A stretch of 64,000 nt of DNA from Raillietiella orientalis (Eukaryota). This document shows, piece by piece, positions 51,214 through 64,000 of this stretch (within the stretch, counting starts at the first letter, position 1; each line of letters starts with the position of its first letter). A program made the position numbers and the translations under genes. The stretch is from assembly GCA_036172245.1 (NCBI GenBank), contig JAYWIR010000097.1:62001-126000 (forward strand). The letters run 5' to 3'. The notes below the pieces were generated by a model. That model ran no database searches and was not told the origin of the DNA. It saw only the letters and a program-made list of their open reading frames with translations.

Positions 51214-52558
51214 TTAAGCGATTTTTTCCTTGGTTACGGAGAAGTCGGCAATTCTTTGGACGTGATCTTCCTGTCTCCAAAAATTGTGATATCCAAAAGG
51301 AAAAAGCGATCAGGAGCGACCTCCCCTAGGCAGGCACCCCAGCACCCCACTCACCACACAATCATCACTGTTCCGGTGGCAGCATGTGCGATCCACCTTC
51401 CTTAATATGCATTCCTGCGTCATCGATGCAGACACTCGACGATCGCACCCTCTGGTTTCAGGCTGTTCTCGTGATTCTTCCGCATGCCCCGCAGCACAGG
51501 CACCTTTTTGCTGCTTGTCTTCAGATGCCCTTTAGAAGCCAGGGGATCAGGACAATCCATACAGATGGCCTTCTCTCCGTGAAGCTGCTTGTGCTCCCTT
51601 AGAGATACAGGAAAATCTCCTACCAACTCGAAGTCGTACCTGCGGCACTTTGCTTCTCGTGTTGTCTCCTACGTTCCTCCTTGATAACATCTGCTGGAAG
51701 CTCTTATATTCCCCCCATGATTGAAAGATGCGAGGTCAGGAAGCGTACAACTGCTCACTGAACTCACTCGGGGAACGATCAAAAGCCAATAGAAACTGAT
51801 TGTGAACACTTGGGATGTGAATCGAACCATGCCTGTTGAGCATTAAAAAAAAAATGGACAGGGCAGAAGTCCTTCTTATGCAAGCGAGACGATGATCTTT
51901 TGATTGGATTCCAAGGCGCTGAATCCAGTCAGAATCATCTAACCTGCTGTTGAACCGAACAACCAGCTTTCGTAGAACGCAATGCCAAATGTATTGAAGT
52001 TTATCTCAAAGCACTGTCTTTCAAAAGATTGTTCGTAGAATCCTTGAGAAACAGTAATAACCAGAGGAGGAAAGCCATGCAGATCTTGCAAGCTGAAAAC
52101 AAGGCATGGCGGAAGTGGAGAACATGACGGCGCGGATGAAACTGAGAATGTAAAACGAAACCTTCCTTTGCGGAATGGTGTATGCTTTGAAGATACTTAA
52201 GCGACCTCCCCTCCACAATTTGCCATTGTGCGTTGACCTATACGGTGCGAGCGTGTGGCCACAGAGAGGGAAGGGAGTTCGCCGATTAGCGAAGCACGAA
52301 AGGCTCACATGAATTCAAATGGCATTGATGGAGCGGGAAGACTCGTTCAGGGATGCAATGTAATGCTCATTTTCTTCTTTCCTAATCCGAACGCAAGCAC
52401 ACTGAACCTTTCCTCGTGGCAAGTGCCCGATTAGGCACCTGGGCCAGACGTAGGGCACCAGCGATCAGCAAGCCAAAGCAAACGCCAAGTGAACGCATCC
52501 GATGCAGAAGCTTGCTGTGCTCCAACAACTCTTATGACCCCGTTCCACTCGTAAGGGC

Positions 52559-52771
52559 AAATTCGCAGATCATTTTGCCAGGTAAGAGAATAGTTGTGAA
52601 AATTGTAGACAGAAAACAATGCAATCCCCGGAGGGGGAAATGCTCTACAGGAACAGCTTCCGAGTGAAAGTTTTCAACTAGCAACGATCACGTCTCCGTT
52701 TCCGTCATCCACTAGACTTGCTCCCTAGCTCAAAGCTGTTCCTCTTACCTGGGAAAATGATCTGCGAATTT
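52559..52771. repeat. ~210 bp MITE-like element with 30-bp inverted repeats
   Basis: AAATTCGCAGATCATTTTGCCAGGTAAGAG (52559-52588) and CTCTTACCTGGGAAAATGATCTGCGAATTT (52742-52771) are reverse complements with one mismatch. No clear TSD. Confidence 0.7.
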
Positions 52772-55258
52772 AAAATGAATGATTTTTTACTGCCCACTTG
52801 ACTTTTCAATGATTTAAAAGACCCCGAAATCTGCGAGCTGCAAGTGTTTCAAAGAAACACTCCTAGGCAGCACACCATCAGAACACCATCACACAAAGAG
52901 CCTTAAAGAGCAGCAAATTCGAAAGTTCCGCTTTTCTATTTATTTGCAGAAGTTCGAGTTATCCAGCTCCCCAGCCTTTTGCTGCAAAAGCATCCATAAA
53001 AAGCCTTTTCCTAATTTCCACTCCTTTGGGTCTCCTCTCGTAATGCATGTAGAGCACTCACAAAACTCCCAAAGCATGTAAGCCTTTAACTACAGTGAAC
53101 TAAAAGGCGCTCAATATTTACTGCTTAAGAAACTTAGCAGCTCACCATCGTTCTTTGAAAGCATCTCCTATGACTATCATGCCTAGGTAACGTCCCCCCC
53201 CCCCACCTGCCTCAAAATGTGCCTTTGAAATCCACCAAACCCAAAAGCACGAGGTAAGTATTATATGGTTTTAATGGCAGTTATACCATTAATGGTCTAT
53301 CGATCCATATAACACTTCAATGATTCTAGTAATTATTCTTGCTTCTTACTTATTTTTTCCACTACAGATAATGAGGCTCTTCCAGTATTATCACCACTCT
53401 TTAATACATTCATTATTATTTTCAATCAACTGTGCTATAGAACTTTTATGTGTTACCTTATTGTTATCATCTATAATTGCTTTAAAAAAAAAAAGAAAAA
53501 TAGGAAGAATCTGCATCTCCCTTTGCTTTGGGTTTTTAAGGAATTCTGGAACTTGGGCCAGTTCTCCCTTTTCAAAAAGAATCAGCAAAGTAATTTCATT
53601 TCAGTCGTGTGCATATTTTTCGTGGCAACTTTGAAAAATAGCATATTAAATCAGGTTCCAAAAGTTGTGGAAAGACCAAAACTATAAAGAGTACCGATCC
53701 AATCGACATATTCTAGTGCATCAGTCTTTGAAATCTAATCTCAGTTGCTAATATTCCTCAAACAGCAGGTCGAAATCATCATCCAATAAAAGCTGTTTTG
53801 ATGAGCAGAATATTCCTTTTTGCTTTCGGGTGTTCCCTTCGTTTTGCCGTTTCATTGCTCATGCTGTAACCTCATAAACACACATTCATGAAGTTCCCAG
53901 ATAGTAACTGGCTGTTACTTCCTGTTCACTGCACTTAAACGCTGCCATTTTTCATTTTGGCATCATCTAGATGCTGACTTTTCAAGTAGGGTGGTATGCA
54001 AAAGAAATCTGCAAACATTTGTATTCCAGGTAAAGCCCCATATGTGCACGTTGTGTGCATAATGAGTTGAGGCAACTCCAAGTTGGAAAATATTCATCAA
54101 AGTAGCACCAACGAGTCGGATTTTCCACCGTGATCCAAGCAGAACGTAAGCGGCGCCTGGGCATCCCCAATTCTTTGATTTCCTCTAAAAGAAATAGCTT
54201 CAGGGATGCCAGGCCTACAGTGACCCACATTCTCAACTTTTGAAAGTGCATCCTTGATTTGTCTATTAGACTCTTGCAACTTCTATCAGAACCAGTATGG
54301 ATTACTTTTAAAGAATATGCTAAAAGTGTAAAAATAAAGGAACTGCGATGTGATGGACATGACCAATTTAGGATTTGATGATGGACAATTTTAAAGTTAC
54401 CGTGTAAAAACTGCATTTCATCACCTCATTCTTAAATCATCAAATAGGACAGCTTAAAAGCATCAAAAGGACTCCTAAAGTCTTTGAATTCTCTTTGTAA
54501 ACAGTACACATTGTATTTCGTTCATTGGCGATTATTTGTGATGCAGATCTTCAGTATGTAATGATAAATTGAATAAAAACAGGCCATAACAGTTTTAATT
54601 GAATCAGGGCTAACTAAACTATAAACGTTACATTGCACATTGTTAATCACGGTACAGCAAATAAGTGAAAAATGATTTGTACTGCCAGTTTCGTGTTTTT
54701 CGTTTCAAATTATAAAAAATTAATGTGCTCAAAGCATCTCGAGTCGAATAGAATGCATTTCCATACAGCCGAATTAATAAAGATGTAGGTGTACTGAATG
54801 TAAGCACACGCAAAAGTAGTTGGAAAAAAAACTAGGATAAATGGATATTTGGGCATACGGGGATTATACTGTATGGTATGAATACTTCTGAACATTTCTG
54901 AATACAAAGTCACCAATAGCTTCACATGAAACGTGGAGCCATAAAAATGATGCATCTCCACTTTGATGACGTGAACGGTTATCTGTCATTCCAGTAAGTG
55001 TGATTTAAGTACATACCAACTGAATGTCCAAGTATTTCATATGAGGATTTGAGTAAACCGTTGTAAAAAGTGATTTTCTCTCCAATTCTTAAGAAAGCGT
55101 TTCCCATAAGTCTGTAAAATATCAGTGGCGGTATAGGTGCTTTTATATAGTAAATTTGGGCAACAAACTCATGATTTTGTTTTCTAAAATATGCATAAAA
55201 TTGAATCGAATATTCGTATTTTAGAAGCTGATGTTCTCCTTTGAACAAACAGCACAAC

Positions 55259-58200
55259 ATGAAAGCTTTAATTTTGGTTGGAGGATATGGTACCAGGTTG
55301 AGGCCACTAACCTTAAGTTTTCCCAAACCACTTGTCGAATTTTGTAATAAACCAATGCTGATGCATCAGATTGAAGCTTTGGTGAAAGTTGGTGTCAAGG
55401 AAGTAAGTAAACTGATGTTATGGACAACAGTGAATATAATTTTAACAAGTCGGATCATGAAAGTTTCAGTCTTTTTAGTTTAGCTACACCCAATAGCTGA
55501 ATTAGCAACATTTGATAAGCGTGGTCAATTATTTTGCATTCCAAAAGTTCAACTTGAATTTTCCAGTGTGTCCATTGTGTTTCTGGGTTTCATTACCCAC
55601 ATCACATTCAGAGTTCCAACTTTGGAATCTTTGATTAAAGGCATTCAGCAATTTTTACCACAATTTTCTTGAACCTGAAAAATTCATGAATCATAAGCAT
55701 GCTTGGTATTGTATACCTTGAAATTTCTATACATCCAAACCAAAAGTATTCCTGGAAAAAAGTTTTTCCTTGTTATAGGAGAAACAATAGAAAATATTTA
55801 AGAATGGACATGTGTTCATACCTTAATACTTTGGAGATATGCCTTTCAGATTATTATGAGGGCCCTCAGCAACCTCTCCTTAAGTCAGGGCACTAATTAA
55901 ATTGAATTTGAGGGTTCCGTAGGATAGTCTGTAATCTTTGATCTATGATAGTGTTAACAGTGGCAGTTTTTTAGAACCACTATCTTGCATATGAAGTACA
56001 AAAATAGATTGTGTGATTCATTTAACTTCTTGGTATTTTTGATTTGAGAAATGTTTTCCCTCAAGGAAATTTAAATGAACAAGGAATTCATAGCAAGTTG
56101 GTGAAAGCGATTAATGCATTTTTGGTTACAAAGATGCTGAATGAATAGTGAACACAAAAGCTTCATTTCTTGCAGAAAACACACCTCTGGCTTTTAATAT
56201 ATAAAGAAAAAAAAATTGATTGGTTTGGATGCTAGTAGCAAATCTTTTTTCTGCAAAATGACTGCATAAATGAAAGATTCACAGATATAGCCTTCTAAAG
56301 ATTCCAAGAATTTGAACACTTCATCTTGAAGGATTCCTGGAAATTATATTGTTTTGGATTTTTTATGAGTATGATTACCATCATGGCTAATGGACTTCAT
56401 TCTATGTACAGTCATATTTGTTATTGAGTAAATTGGAAGCGACATGGATGTAAAGAGATCAGTTTTATGATTACTTTAGAATTTTTGTATGTAATTATGA
56501 CTTTTGTTCAAACTGTTGTGGTTTCTGTATCTTTCAGAGCATTGACAGGATCGTAATTTTTTTTAAGGGTCTTTGTTTCTGTATCTTTAATACTGTACGC
56601 TAAATTGAATTTTTTAAGTAATCAGCCATTTGGGACAATTAGGAATACATATGCCCATGCATCAGTTTTTAATTGCTTTCAGTTTTAAGATGTCTTTGGT
56701 TTGGAAAACACTTCATAAACAAGTGTTTTATATTCGAAGATCAGTGTTCCAATTTTGTACAAAAAACAGCAGGCTGTAACATATTCTGTTTTGTTGAATA
56801 TGCTGATTTACAGGAGATTTTATTTTCCTCAGAAATATCATCGATTCCGTAGATTAGGGAAGTAGCATAATTTCAAACCAATTACACTGTACTGCTATAA
56901 AGTGTAGATTACGAAGTACTGTCCAAGTCTAAAATACATCAACTGTTGCAAAAAGCTTTCCCCAGGAAAGTCTTACTGCAGACCTCTGAAGTAATGTCGA
57001 AAGACAAATACAAGGACAAAAATACAAGCGATGAAGATTTGTTTGCCATGCCTATTTACCAGTGGGCATGTCTTCAGTTTTCAATATTACCGCATCGTAT
57101 TTAGCTTTATGCTGTGCTTTATTAAAGAATTTTTTTCGATGATTTATTTCGTTTCGAGACTCAAGATACTTGAATATAAATTTGCGCGGAATACGACAGA
57201 ATTGGGATCGTTTTCAATGTTTATTTAATTTTTGTTTTTAAGCAACCTTTGCAATTTGAAAAAAAGTAAGAATTGGAATGGATTCCAATTTTCTCTTGCT
57301 GATTCTTAGAATGTATTTAGGACCTGCAAAATACATTTATCGCATTCAATGATTTTGATTCTTTTTATCAGTTTTTCAAAAATAGGTCTCAACGGTATAA
57401 TAAGTTTTGGGCCTAAATGAAACTTCAATTTTTTGAAGTGCGGAAGAAGCTTAATGCTGCCTATTATTTCTAAGGAATGCTAATATCGCTTTAAATGTTG
57501 TCGAAATGAATTAATTAACTAATAAGCATCAGCTAATGGAATCAATTTGGTAATTGCTGTCGATATTCCAGATAAAGCCTGTCATTACGGAAACTTTGTA
57601 TTGATCAGATTTTGTTCTAGATTATCGTGCTTACAAATGAAGTATGTTACGTACCTTGGCTTTGGTACTTCTATAATCTAAATGAGTTTGCCAGTATTCT
57701 CACATATATTCTCAATTTGTTCTCATACTTCTATATGTGTATTTTTTTTTTGAAAAGTGAGCGTCTCTGTATTTTTGCGGATGTGGGAATTTGCCGGTAT
57801 TCTCGCATACAAATTAATACTTCATCGATTTTTCCTGACATGCACTTACTTGTATTCAATTTCGAGGTGATACTTGCTGTGTCATATAGAGCCGAACAAA
57901 TGGAGAAAGTATTGAAGGCAGAAGCTGAGAAGGTAAACAGCAGCATGAACACAACTTACCTGACTCGTTTTGCATTTAAGCTTGGTGTAACTATTATATT
58001 CTCTCATGAAAGTAAACCCTTAGGAACTGCAGGACCCTTAGCTCTTGCCCGAAATTTACTTGATGGTTCCCAGTTTTTTGTACTGAACTCCGATATCATT
58101 TGTAATTTCCCATTTGATGAAATGTTGCAATTTCATAAACAGCATGGGCATCAAGGAACGATTGTGGTAGGATCGGAAAAAAATTACTGTCCCAATTTGT

Positions 58201-59026
58201 CCTAAGGTTACCAAAGTAGAAGAACCATCAAAATATGGAGTGGTAGTGTATAACGAGTATCGCCGTATCCAGAGTTTCGTAGAAAAACCATCTGAATTTG
58301 TATCCAACAAAATCAATGCTGGACTGTATATTTTCCAGCCAGAAATGCTGGATAGAATCGAGGTGGGGAAAATAGGATCTGATGAATTCTTAATTTTTTT
58401 TTCTTTTTCTGCTTGCAGCTACGACCAACAAGCATAGAAAAAGAAATATTTCCAACGATGGCCGATGAACGGGAATTATATGCTTTTGAATTAGAAGGAT
58501 TCTGGATGGATGTGGGTCATCCCCGTGATTATCTCACAGGAATGTGTCTATATTTAAGCAACTTAAGGGACTACCAATATAATCAACTTGGACATTTTTC
58601 TGGAATTGTGGGAAATGTTTTGGTGGTAAATGGATTCGTCGTTGTACTCTCATTAAACGGTCGCAGGACCCAACTGCTACAATAGGTGAAAACTGTCGTA
58701 TCGGCCCCAATGTAGTCATTGGTCCTGAAGTGCATATTGATGATGGGGTGTGCATTAGAAATTCTACTATCATGAGAGGAACTCATATACATTCCCATTC
58801 CTGGATTGACAATTCTATTATAGGCTGGCGTTGTTCCGTAGGAAAATGGGTAAGTTAAACGAAGAAATTGTGTCAGGGCATTGTTTTTATGTAGGTGCGC
58901 ATTGAGAATGTGACAGTGCTGGGAGAGGATGTGTATATAAAAGATGAATTATACATTAATGGAGGCAAAGTGCTTCCTCATAAATCTATTAGCGATTCTG
59001 TTCCAGAGCCACAGGTCATTATGTAA
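55259..59026 (+). CDS. GMPPB: Mannose-1-phosphate guanylyltransferase beta (357 aa); exons 55259-55402, 57867-57932, 57981-58166, 58207-58362, 58419-58625, 58667-58849, 58895-59026
   Basis: [61 protein letters not shown], hexapeptide repeats, [11 protein letters not shown]. Exon lengths sum to 1074 nt with a terminal TAA. Confidence 0.97.
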
Positions 59027-62000
59027 TCAGTTTGAAGTCTATGCCGGAAACGTGCAGGGAAACATATTTTTTAAATGTATATTTCTATATGAAAGAATCC
59101 TTGTTTTGACTATCAATAAATATTATGTTTATATCTATTTGATCCATTATATTGAAATCGACAGATGCATTATTGCATTAACACTGGTTCTGCAGAAAAG
59201 CTGCTCTCCTTGACGGTGGATGCGTTTATTAGATTTGTGATTAAATAAAAAATCCGAGTATGAAACGACTACATAAGAAAAGAAACCCCATTGTACTGGT
59301 ATTCACATGGAGCTTTATGAATAACCGGGCAATTTGAAATTGTCAAATTTTACAAATTTTTTGCTGCTAATGGTCGGTCGGTGAGTTATGGACTCCAGAG
59401 TCTATCTAAAGTTCGAGTTGATCTTGGTTAGTTGATCACATCGATAGGACTCTTTGCTGTTCTTCAATTGCCTTCAGTCTGCAGCCACCTTTCTCACTAG
59501 GACTCCACAAAATTTTGCAAATAATAATAATAATGATAATATACTTAGGGCTTGCGTTACATCGCGAACATCTTATACGTAATTAAACGGTGTATTCGGA
59601 TGCTGAAGCGTATCCGTCCCGTTGGAAAGCATCGTAATGTCAGCGCACACTCGGACTACATCTCGCAATCGGATGCTGCAAACACGACAACGATTCGCAC
59701 TCTCGGCCTTGTTTACTCTCCAGTTGAGGTCGATTCACATGGAAACTAAAATTGGGATTTTTCGATGTGATCACTTTCTTCCTTCGTGGAAGTCTCCTTG
59801 AAGTTGTCGCGAATGGGATAAAATGGTATGCAAACCCGTTGTCGGATGCAAAAGCCTGCACACAAGCCACCATCCCAAAGTGAGTCATGAGATTTAGAAA
59901 AGCGATAAATGGACTTTCCAAGAAATACCAAAATAAGACTTCTCGTGAAATTCTATTTTGGCTTCTAATAATATTCAAGACTTATTTAGAACCAAGTAAG
60001 TGGAAATCGCGTGTGTGTGCACTTGCTTGCTTGCTCCCACTTTATTCGGTGCTTGAAAATACTGCACCCAAGGCGCTTAGCACATCGCTGGAAAGCAGCA
60101 GACAGAGGATCAAACGAATGAAGTAGAATTTCCCTATGGTCCAGGAGCAGCGTTCCACTCAGGGTTCCAGAGGTTTTTCGGGGCAATCAACGGTTTCACG
60201 CGTAAGGCCTTTACATACGCATTTGCCGACACTTCAGGTTCTTCTGGCACAGTTGGGAAAAGTTCATGCAATTCAAGTGAGATAATTACAGAAGGAGAAT
60301 GTTGCCAGCGAGCAACAGTAACGAGTTGAGGAATATCAGTCCACCAGTTGCATCAGCTTTCTCTGTCCACATCTCTTCATGGTTTTCTTTGTGCTTATCA
60401 TTCACAAGCTTGGCACCGACTTGGCACATATGCATTCTTTTCTTCTTTTTTTTTTTGCTTTGTATTCATTATTTGTATTCTGCTTACCTGTTGCATCTGC
60501 AATCCACTCGCCTGCATCCTTTCTTCGTCAAGTCTAACTATGGAGGAAATGGCAAAAACAACGGTGACTACTGAAATGGACTGCAGCATTCCACAGATTG
60601 GCCTGAAAATGCATTACACTTGGTGTCCTTCCTGTATTTGTCATAGAGACACATCAGTTCATCAAATCTTTCAATAAAGGAATGGTACTTTTGCAGCTTG
60701 CGCTTTTACCCATGCTGATCTTATTGGTTACAATTTGTCTGTGGGAAGTATTTTTAGTGAAGTTGCACGGATGAAGCAATAGGCATCAGAAATAAGACCC
60801 TTGTAGTTGTACCTAAATGCCTGAAAGTTGGACAGCTCCCTTTGAAAGAATGATAAGAATTTTCTTAAAAGACTTTGCCCATTTGGGTGTTATCAAATTT
60901 CCTTTTGCTTCCCACACTTACTCCATAAATAATCAAGCACGACGTCAATGAAGTGATTTCCCTATAATGCTTCACCACAGATTCTATATAGGAACTTTTC
61001 AGTACTTTTATTAAAAATTCATAGTATCGGCAAGAATCCTACCCAAGAAATCGTGGGGCTCTTTCGTAAAGTAATTCTTAACAAGAAGTGCTAATTCTGT
61101 TCTTCATTCTTGAAACCATTTAGCATAGAATGCCTTGATATCATCTCACACACTTTCTCTGAATGTTTTATACTCCATCAAAAGATTTTTCGAGAATTTA
61201 AGTTAACAGCCCCTATGGTTTCATTTTTTTTAGAAGCATCTAGCTGCTTTTACCTGAAGTTTCGTTTTCAAAAATGTAACCCATCCATCCATATTGAATC
61301 CATTGAATGATTAAGAATTATTAAAAAGGGAAACTTAATAGCCCTATATTCTATTCAGACAATAATGGCTGTATGGTGAAAGTCCAATACAAGAATTTCT
61401 TGAAATTCGCGTCTTCAGAGATACCTCCGTATATGGCTCCATCAGGATGGTAGTCTTTTGAAGAAGAACTGGAAACCCGGAAGCTTCTGGAGAACTTCGC
61501 TCTGTGTCCACATCGCATTGGCTGCACAAAGCACATCCAGCATTAAATTCACGAATCAAATTGAGTAATCAAAACCGAACTCTAGATTTTTAGCAGGTGC
61601 AATAGCCCTTGCAGTTTTAAGCATAGACGTGTCCCTGTTCGATTTTTTTTGGTTTTTGCTTTAAGAGTGATCTATTTCCGCTCCATGGAATGCATCACGT
61701 TTCAGAGCTGATACTGGGACGTGCTGGCTTCGGGTCCCACATTGCGTAGACTATCCCTTCTGCTGGACAAATGCCATCTACCTGTTCCAGCACAAAGCCG
61801 AGCATCGCAGGACTCTGAACAAAAACCTCGACATTTCCGACGAGGGTAATGTGCACTTTCCAAAGTGATCTGAAGGTATATTTCAACGCACTCCTCCAAC
61901 TTTTGTAAACTCACCCCCCCCCCCCCCCCATCGGCTGATGGAGAACATTTCTTCCTCCACTGCAGTCAATGACCTAAGCTTACTATTCAAGCTACAAGTT

Positions 62001-62621
62001 TTCTATACTAATCCTTTCTACCTCTTACGGAATTTCCGCTTCTCAATGCAGCTCAAAGTGAATGATAAAAGCAGTCAGCTCAACAGCTCTTGTACAGACC
62101 ACCATCCGCGCTTCGCTGGCAGCACGTAGCAATTGGGGAAGCAGAATCTGTACACTTCCCATGTAGTTCAGCAAGAGTGCTGATCGCTGCTGAAGCTGAT
62201 GGCAGTAGCTTAACAGCAGTGGCCTTACACCGATAAACAGGAACGAATCTCGCAACTACAGGATTGCTTGCACCAGAGTGGAACATTAGATGCACGTTTG
62301 TGCCCGAAAGCATTATGATTCGAAGCCATCATCATTACGAAGGGGATTACGTTTCACGACACAAAGCACTTGCTACATTGGTGAGGGACCGCTTTTGCAC
62401 GGAACGGTATGGTTCGAGTCACTGTCGAGGCTACTTGCACTGTACCTCATTCCTCATAAATTGGTAATCTCCCCAGGTCCCTATCCGATCAACAAAGCTT
62501 TTCTCTTTATCGAAGGAGTCGCTTGGTACTTTTGTAAGGAACAAATGTGCAAATCCCAAGCAAGCCACGGAAGCAGTGAGGGCATTAGTTCCCCAAAATA
62601 TCAGAACAAAGAATAAGTTCT

Positions 62622-64000
62622 TTATTCCCCATCTCCGAAATATGTTTCCTGCTTTTTTATGAACTGAAAGGCTATGCTTTCAACAATTTCCTTGCGGAGA
62701 TCGAGTGTTTCCTTTGCAGGAACGGGAAGTTCTACACTGGACGGTATGCTCTCTTGTGATATCTGGAAAGATGGTTGGCATGTTTCGCCAACATCTCTAG
62801 ACTGACGTGCTTTCTCCTCCCTCTCTCTCATCAGTTTTGCCCTGTCTTCCAGGACCGATTTCAGTTCCGCGAGCATCATGCTGGCATGCCTCTGTGTGTT
62901 GTGAATGCCTTCTGGATCCCTGGCGTTGTCTGGATTTACCCTCGCATTCTCTGCAGGGAGTTCGGAACAACCTTCAAACACTTCATCTACGATCTCATGA
63001 TCTGGGAAGAAAGTTTTTTCTGGGGGTTTGGATGTTTCCAGACACACATAATCCAAAGTGTTCACAGGCTTAGTGTTCTCTTTATCCTTCCAAATACCAA
63101 TCTCATTCAGTAACTGATTCAGATCTTCTAGCCAAGACTGCACAGTTTCTTGATGCCTGATAAGTTCGGAAGCTAACTGTTCATTGCTCATTGAGGATAT
63201 CTCCTCATATAAATCTAGTAACTGAATGCACTGCTCTGACATTTTCACTCCCAGTTGATGTATCTCAACTTGAAAAAAGGTCGACTGATTTCTTGGAATT
63301 GAAAAATGCTTGGAAAACGAATGGACCTCACTTCTAAATATTTGTATGGATGCCTGTAGTTCATCATCAACTTTCCTTATTTGGTCATCTGGTATAGTTT
63401 GTAAAGAAAGTTTTAGCAATTCTAAAAGTGGTTGAGTCTGCTTATTAAGTGATGGTATCATTCCGAGAGCTAATCGCCGAAAATATGCTGACTGGAGTAG
63501 AAAGAAATGCTCTATCCCCTTCTGTGAAAGATTATAGCACTACCTAGAGAACAGATTACTTACTCTCAAACAACCAAAACTCAGGGGAGGCTCATCTTGG
63601 ATCAATTTCTGAGAAAGCAAGTAATGATAAGAACTATCAAGAGCAAATTTCAATGTAGAGATTTTAAGTAGGGAAGCAATTGCTTGTAAAAAGGCTGTTG
63701 ATCCTTGCCATATAACCATACAAATTGAATTTTCTAAATCCCCCAATGGAAACAATTTCTTTGTATTGCAACCACGACAGTACTTAAATTGCTTAACTGC
63801 TTTCAGAGCAATAAGCAAATTGGATTTCAAGTGCGATACTATCTCCAGAAAATTTTTCAAAGAGCAAACTGATGTCCATATAGTCCAATAATGTATCAAG
63901 AATCTGGGTCCAAAAATTGGTCCAGAAATAATGACAAAAGCTCTGACCAAACAATGCATACTTTGGAATTACTGCAACAGTCACTCACTTCTGAATCCAG
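62622..64000 (-). CDS. VEZT: Vezatin, 3' part (last exon 63521-62622; 42-nt intron 63563-63522; gene continues past window end)
   Basis: Spliced LSFGCLR|KGIEHFFLLQSAYFRRLAL resembles vezatin 'QSSEFFRRLAL'; MLAELKSVL resembles 'VLQELKSVL'; terminal FQFIKKQETYFGDGE resembles 'FTTMQEQTFGDEE'. Confidence 0.8.

Noticed and set aside
53200..54420. Possible decayed DNA-transposon coding sequence (similar impression at ~60600-61300)
   Set aside because: No recognisable motif, TIR or TSD, so it cannot be supported.
1..64000. CRISPR arrays, rRNA genes, prokaryotic operons or defence systems
   Set aside because: No regularly spaced repeat-spacer array or rRNA signature was seen, and the genes have spliceosomal introns and are animal-type.

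Overview
Eukaryotic (animal, probably invertebrate) genomic DNA with very short spliceosomal introns, mostly 40-50 nt. The AT-rich, CpG-poor flanks carry tightly packed housekeeping genes: PSMG3, GPN2, tRNA-Leu(UAG), GAS8/DRC4, MRPS16, GMPPB and a partial vezatin gene. They also hold a decayed TYW5-like JmjC gene, a duplicated GAS8 fragment and a decayed CRESS-DNA-virus Rep. The centre is a ~20 kb GC/CpG-rich domain whose only recognisable gene is an intronless Fez/earmuff-family six-finger C2H2 gene. Three near-identical ~650 bp non-autonomous piggyBac elements lie at both edges of this domain and inside it. Most unusual observations: (1) a same-strand pseudo-TYW5/PSMG3/GPN2 cluster where GPN2 starts inside the PSMG3 reading frame (113 nt dual-coding) and the PSMG3 stop has been displaced; (2) an in-frame duplicate of the Fez His/Gln tail behind a UGA-C stop; (3) inverted piggyBac copies bracketing the Fez domain; (4) the endogenous CRESS Rep. 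All gene calls come from recalled family motifs and hand translation; no database searches were run.
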